DNA from: an uncultured beta proteobacterium
GTDB lineage: Bacteria; Pseudomonadota; Gammaproteobacteria; Burkholderiales; Burkholderiaceae_C
NCBI GenBank assembly: GCA_963738615.1
Contig: CAVTXI010000019.1
Span: 154,771 to 218,770, forward strand
DNA length: 64,000 nt
Direction: 5' to 3'
How positions within the stretch are numbered: position 1 is the first letter of the stretch; every line of letters starts with the position of its first letter. Shown piece by piece: positions 60,023 through 64,000 of this stretch. The notes beneath the pieces are model-generated. The model had not been told where the DNA came from. It ran no database searches and worked only from the letters and a program-made list of their open reading frames with translations. Both the position numbers and the translations under genes were made by a program.

Positions 60023-61069
60023 TCAACGCATCACGAACTCGCGCACCGCCTCGATGGCGTGGTCGACGCCGGCCGCGTCAACGTCGAGATGCGTGACGAA
60101 ACGCAGGCCCACAAGGCCGGTGACAAGGACACCGCGTGACTTCAGATGCTCGACCAGCGCCTGAGTTCGCGCGCGCGCGTCGTGCCCGGCACCGGCGGCC
60201 ACCTGCGCGAAGACGATGTTGGTGTCGGGCGGCGTCACGCTGATGCCCGGCACGTGGCGCAGCGCGTCAGCCAGCCGTTTTGCGTTCGCGTGGTCGACGG
60301 CGAGGCGGTCGATATGGTGGTCCAGCGCATGCAACGCCGCCGCCGCGAGAACGCCGACCTGACGCATACCGCCTCCGGTCATCTTGCGCCAGCGGTGCGC
60401 TCGCGCGATGAACTCGCGGCTGCCGACGAGCGCTGACCCGGCCGGCGTTCCAAGCCCTTTGCTGAAGCACACCGACACGCTGTCGAAGCACTGCGCGATC
60501 GCGCGCGCGCTGGCCTTGGCGTCGCCGCCGCTCGCAACCGCGGCGTTGAAGAGCCGCGCGCCGTCGAGGTGCGTCGACAACCCGCGCGAGCGCGCCAGCG
60601 TGGTCGCTTCTTGTAGATAGTGAAGCGGCATCACGCGCCCGCCGTGCGTGTTCTCGAGCGCCAGCAACCGCGTGCGCGCGAAATGCGCGTCGTCAGGCTT
60701 GATATTGGCTTCGATCGCCGCCAACGGCAGCGTACCGTCGGCCGCGTGCTCGATCGGCTGCGGCTGAATGCCGCCCAGCACCGCAGCACCGCCGCCCTCC
60801 ATCCGATACGTGTGCGCGTTCTGGCCCACGATCACTTCTTCGCCGCGCTGGCAATGCGACAGCAGCGCACACAAGTTGCTTTGCGTGCCGGTAGGGAAGA
60901 ACAGCGCGGACTCGAAGCCCAGCATGTCGGCGATGCGCTTGTGCAGCCGGTTGACGGTTGGGTCATCGCCGAAAACGTCGTCGCCCAGATCGGCCTTCGC
61001 CATCGCCTCGCGCATCGCGGGCGTGGGCTTCGTGACCGTGTCGCTGCGCAGGTCGACCACAGGCTTCAC
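60023..61069 (-). CDS. ltaE: low-specificity L-threonine aldolase (PLP-dependent)
   Basis: 348 aa MKPVVDLRSDTVTKPTPAMREAM..; sequence typical of the family. Confidence 0.85.
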   Translation of the reverse strand: MKPVVDLRSDTVTKPTPAMREAMAKADLGDDVFGDDPTVNRLHKRIADMLGFESALFFPTGTQSNLCALLSHCQRGEEVIVGQNAHTYRMEGGGAAVLGGIQPQPIEHAADGTLPLAAIEANIKPDDAHFARTRLLALENTHGGRVMPLHYLQEATTLARSRGLSTHLDGARLFNAAVASGGDAKASARAIAQCFDSVSVCFSKGLGTPAGSALVGSREFIARAHRWRKMTGGGMRQVGVLAAAALHALDHHIDRLAVDHANAKRLADALRHVPGISVTPPDTNIVFAQVAAGAGHDARARTQALVEHLKSRGVLVTGLVGLRFVTHLDVDAAGVDHAIEAVREFVMR

Positions 61070-61656
61070 GACTTCGCGCTCCCCATCTCGAGGAAATTAC
61101 GCAGCATCGCGTGACCGTGCTCGCTCTCGATCGACTCGGGGTGGAACTGCACGCCCTCGAGCGGCGTGGTGGTGCCAGCCAGCTCACGATGGCGCACGCC
61201 CATGATCTCGTCGTCAACGCTCGCGGTCACGACCAGTTCCTTCGGCAGCGTCGCGCGCTCGATCACCAGCGAGTGGTAGCGCACGACCGAGAAGTCTTTC
61301 GGCAGCCCGCCGAACACGCCCTTGCGATCGCAATCGATCGTGCTCGCCTTGCCGTGCATCGGCACACGCGCGCGCACGATGCGCCCGCCCAGCGCCTCAC
61401 CAATCGCCTGGTGGCCGAGGCACACGCCCAGGATCGGCAGCTTGCCCATGAAGTGGCGAATCGCGTCGAGGCACACCCCGGCCTGCGGCCGGTGCACAGG
61501 GCCGGGCGAAAGCACCAGATGCGTGGGTTGGAGTGACGCGATGCCGGCGACGTCGATGGCGTCGTTGCGCACGACCTTCACCTGCGCACCCAGCTCACCG
61601 AAGTACTGGACGAGGTTGTAGGTGAAGCTGTCGTAGTTGTCGATCATCAGCAGCAT
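61066..61656 (-). CDS. trpG: anthranilate synthase component II / glutamine amidotransferase
   Basis: MLLMIDNYDSFTYNL.., catalytic GVCLGHQ cysteine, HPES histidine. Confidence 0.9.
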   Translation of the reverse strand: MLLMIDNYDSFTYNLVQYFGELGAQVKVVRNDAIDVAGIASLQPTHLVLSPGPVHRPQAGVCLDAIRHFMGKLPILGVCLGHQAIGEALGGRIVRARVPMHGKASTIDCDRKGVFGGLPKDFSVVRYHSLVIERATLPKELVVTASVDDEIMGVRHRELAGTTTPLEGVQFHPESIESEHGHAMLRNFLEMGSAKS

Positions 61657-61719
61657 CGCGCGCTTCCTCTGAATCGCCACTGCATCGCGGGCGGGAGGAA
61701 ATTATGTCTGCGGCGGCGC

Positions 61720-62547
61720 CTAGCCCTTCACCGCCCCCGCCGTCAGCCCCGTGATGATCTGCCGTGCCGCGACGAAGGTGAAGATCAGCGGCGGGATCGC
61801 GATCAGGCTGCCCATCGCCATCACGCGGCCCCAGTCGACGCCGATGTCGGTGATGAAGAGCGACTGGCCGCGACCGGCAGCGTGCGGGTTTGCGCGGTCG
61901 GTCAACACCAGCGCAAGGATGAATTCGTTCCAGGCGATGCGGAAGGTGAAGATCGACGCCGCGGCCAGGCCCGGCGCCATCAGCGGGAGCAGCACCTTGG
62001 TGAACACGCGCAGCGGCCCGCACCCGTCGATCGCGGCGGCTTCTTCCAGTTCGACCGGCACTTGCAGCACGAAGCCGTACAGCAGCCAGATCGTGAACGG
62101 AAGGTTCACCGCGACGTACAACAGCACCAGGCCCCAGAGGCTGTTGACGAGCTTCCACTCGCTCCAGATCAGGAAAACCGGAATCGCCAGCACCGCCAGC
62201 GGCACGGTGCGCAGCAGCAGCGTGGTGTAGGCGATGGTGCCGCGGCCTTTGAAGCGAAACCGCGCCAGACCGTACGCCGCCATGCAGCCGAGCACGAGCG
62301 TGATGACCGTGGACACGACGCCGACGAACAGGCTGTTGCCGAGGTAGCGGTCGAACTTGTCTTCCTCGAGCACCGCGCGGTAGTTCTCGAGCGTGGGGGT
62401 GAAGAGGAAGTTCAGCGGCGACGCGAAGATGTCGACCTGCTGGCGCAGGCTGGTGGCGAAGATGACGAGGATCGGCGCGATGCACAGGAACGCGAGCACG
62501 CACAGCATCGCGTAGTGGCCGACGACAAGCCACATGGAGCGCTTCAC
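61720..62547 (-). CDS. carbohydrate ABC transporter permease
   Basis: 275-aa multi-TM protein with EAA loop (EEAAAIDGCGPLRVFTKVLLPL). Confidence 0.9.
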   Translation of the reverse strand: MKRSMWLVVGHYAMLCVLAFLCIAPILVIFATSLRQQVDIFASPLNFLFTPTLENYRAVLEEDKFDRYLGNSLFVGVVSTVITLVLGCMAAYGLARFRFKGRGTIAYTTLLLRTVPLAVLAIPVFLIWSEWKLVNSLWGLVLLYVAVNLPFTIWLLYGFVLQVPVELEEAAAIDGCGPLRVFTKVLLPLMAPGLAAASIFTFRIAWNEFILALVLTDRANPHAAGRGQSLFITDIGVDWGRVMAMGSLIAIPPLIFTFVAARQIITGLTAGAVKG

Positions 62548-62553
62548 CGCGGC

Positions 62554-63423
62554 TCACCCTTCATCGGGTTGCTCAGGCGCAGCGCGCGCCAGGCTCAGCA
62601 GCGCCACCACCGCCAGCAGCAGCAGGCTGATCGCCGCCGCGACGCCGAGCTGCTGGCCGACGAACGCGGTCTTGTAGATGTGCAGCGCCAGGATCTCGGT
62701 GCTGTCACCCGGGCCGCCGAAGGTCAGCACGTAGATGACTTCGAGCACGCGGAAGGCGTCGATCAGCCGCATCATCAACGTGATCGCGATCACGTGCATC
62801 ACCATCGGCAGCTTGACCAGGAAGGTCTGCTGCCACCAGCGCGCGCCGTCGATGCGCGCGGCTTCGATCACCGACCCGTCGACGCCCGCCAGCGCGGCGA
62901 TCATCATGATGAAGACGAAGGGCGTCCACTGCCAGATGTCGGCGATGACGATCGCGATGAACGCGAGCGTGGGGTCAGCCAGCCACGTCTGCGCGTTCAG
63001 GCCCACCGCCTGCAGCGCGGCGTTGATGAGTCCGAACTGCGCATCGAACATGTAGCGCCACGCCAGGCCCACGGCGATCGGCGCGATCATCATCGGCAGG
63101 ATGAACAGCGTGCGGAACACCGCCATGCCGCGCACCGGATGCTCGAGCGCCAGCGCAAGTGCGATGCCCAGCACCATCTCGGCGGCGACGCACACCGCGG
63201 CGAAGAGCAGCGTGGTCCACAAGCTGCTCCACACCCGCGGGTTCGAGAACGCCGAGACGAAGTTGTCCCAACCGACCCAACGCGCACTGGACCATGGCGT
63301 GCCCATCGACCAGTCGAAGCCCGCGAGTTGGAACGCCGACAGCACCGGATACAGGCACGCCGCGGCCATCACGACGACCGCGGGTCCGACGTAGAAGAAA
63401 GGAATCCAGCGCGGGATCTTCAT
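62554..63423 (-). CDS. carbohydrate ABC transporter permease
   Basis: 289-aa multi-TM protein with EAA loop (IEAARIDGARWWQQTFLVKLPM). Confidence 0.9.
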   Translation of the reverse strand: MKIPRWIPFFYVGPAVVVMAAACLYPVLSAFQLAGFDWSMGTPWSSARWVGWDNFVSAFSNPRVWSSLWTTLLFAAVCVAAEMVLGIALALALEHPVRGMAVFRTLFILPMMIAPIAVGLAWRYMFDAQFGLINAALQAVGLNAQTWLADPTLAFIAIVIADIWQWTPFVFIMMIAALAGVDGSVIEAARIDGARWWQQTFLVKLPMVMHVIAITLMMRLIDAFRVLEVIYVLTFGGPGDSTEILALHIYKTAFVGQQLGVAAAISLLLLAVVALLSLARAAPEQPDEG

Positions 63424-63439
63424 GCGTTTGGGTTTCTTC

Positions 63440-63480
63440 GACCACCCTCACCCCAACCCTCTCCCGGGTACAGGAGAGGG
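63440..63480 (-). promoter_or_regulatory. intergenic stem-loop between the SBP and permease genes (REP-like / intra-operon attenuator)
   Basis: CCCTCTCC-CGGGTACA-GGAGAGGG palindrome flanked by G/C runs, with no U-tract. Confidence 0.4.
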
Positions 63481-63492
63481 GGCAGATGCAAG

Positions 63493-64000
63493 TCAGACCT
63501 TGTAGCCGCCCTCGCGCATGATCGCTGTCACCTGCGGCACCAGGTCGTTCAGCGCTTGCTCCGCGGTCTTCTTGCCGGTCAGCGCTTCACTCAGGCCCAC
63601 GCCCAGCGCCTGCACGTTGATCTTGTCCCACACCGGGATGATCGGGCGCCAGTCGGGTGCGCTGTACTTCAGCGCTTCGACGAAGGTGATGAATTCGGGG
63701 TACTTGCGCACCGCGTCGGCATCACGCAGCGTGCTGATGCGCATCGGCGCGCCGCCAGCCATGGTCACGGCCTTGTCCTGCGCCTTGCTTGTCAGCCACT
63801 GCATCAGCAGGAAACCGGCTTCGGGGTTCTTCGCGTTCTTCGGAATCGCCAGGCCCAGGCCACCGGATTGCGATGCGCGCTTCACACCTTTGGGGTGCAG
63901 CGCCCAGCTCACGTTGCCGACGACCTTGCTCTTCGTCGGGTCGTTCACCAAACCCGCGAGCGACGTGCAGTCGAGGTACATCGCGGCCTGCCCTTGCAGG
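63493..64000 (-). CDS. ABC transporter extracellular solute-binding protein (3' part; gene continues past the window end)
   Basis: C-terminal SBP sequence ending ..AIMREGGYKV; the frame stays open to position 64000. Confidence 0.8.
   Translation of the reverse strand, partial: LQGQAAMYLDCTSLAGLVNDPTKSKVVGNVSWALHPKGVKRASQSGGLGLAIPKNAKNPEAGFLLMQWLTSKAQDKAVTMAGGAPMRISTLRDADAVRKYPEFITFVEALKYSAPDWRPIIPVWDKINVQALGVGLSEALTGKKTAEQALNDLVPQVTAIMREGGYKV

Overview
High-GC betaproteobacterial (Burkholderiales-like) chromosome segment. Nearly all confident genes are on the minus strand. The right half (42.9-61.7 kb) is the conserved core block: tRNA-Tyr, tRNA-Gly, tRNA-Thr, tuf, tRNA-Trp, secE, nusG, rplK, rplA, rplJ, rplL, rpoB and rpoC. 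It is followed by trpC and trpD, an inserted beta-barrel OMP gene and ltaE, then trpG and a second sugar ABC transporter. The left half is accessory-rich and holds the following. (1) An ABC ATPase, a YcxB-like protein, an IS30 transposase relic and Tat-PhoX. (2) A carbohydrate-utilisation locus (GH31 hydrolase, sugar ABC ATPase, permeases, SBP, CE15-like esterase) that is interrupted twice, by a DUF945/YdgA gene and by a ~6.3 kb island. The island contains an ORC-like AAA ATPase, two paralogous zinc-ribbon proteins with C-terminal membrane helices, a PstI/BsuBI-like R-M pair and a Uma2 nuclease. The zinc-ribbon genes are overlap-coupled in one operon with the R-M genes. This is my best candidate for an undescribed system. 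(3) NYN/LOTUS and PPK2 genes, then an alpha/beta hydrolase, a PLD-like protein and a vapBC module. (4) A membrane-stress cluster: YjfI, PspA-like, NfeD/YqiJ and flotillin/YqiK followed by a ~1750-aa AAA+ protein. (5) DUF1015, a trkH fragment, TerC, a serine hydrolase, a thioredoxin-like protein, an ATPase_2 gene, an ISAzo13 transposase relic and a DUF1778/GNAT toxin-antitoxin pair next to the rpoC terminator. rpoB and rpoC each show two apparent frameshifts. Because these are essential genes, the assembly evidently carries homopolymer indel errors. The many other apparent frameshifts (SBP, R.PstI-like, CE15, PLD, flotillin, giant ATPase) are therefore not reliable evidence of gene decay. My manually derived coordinates may be off by 1-2 nt.
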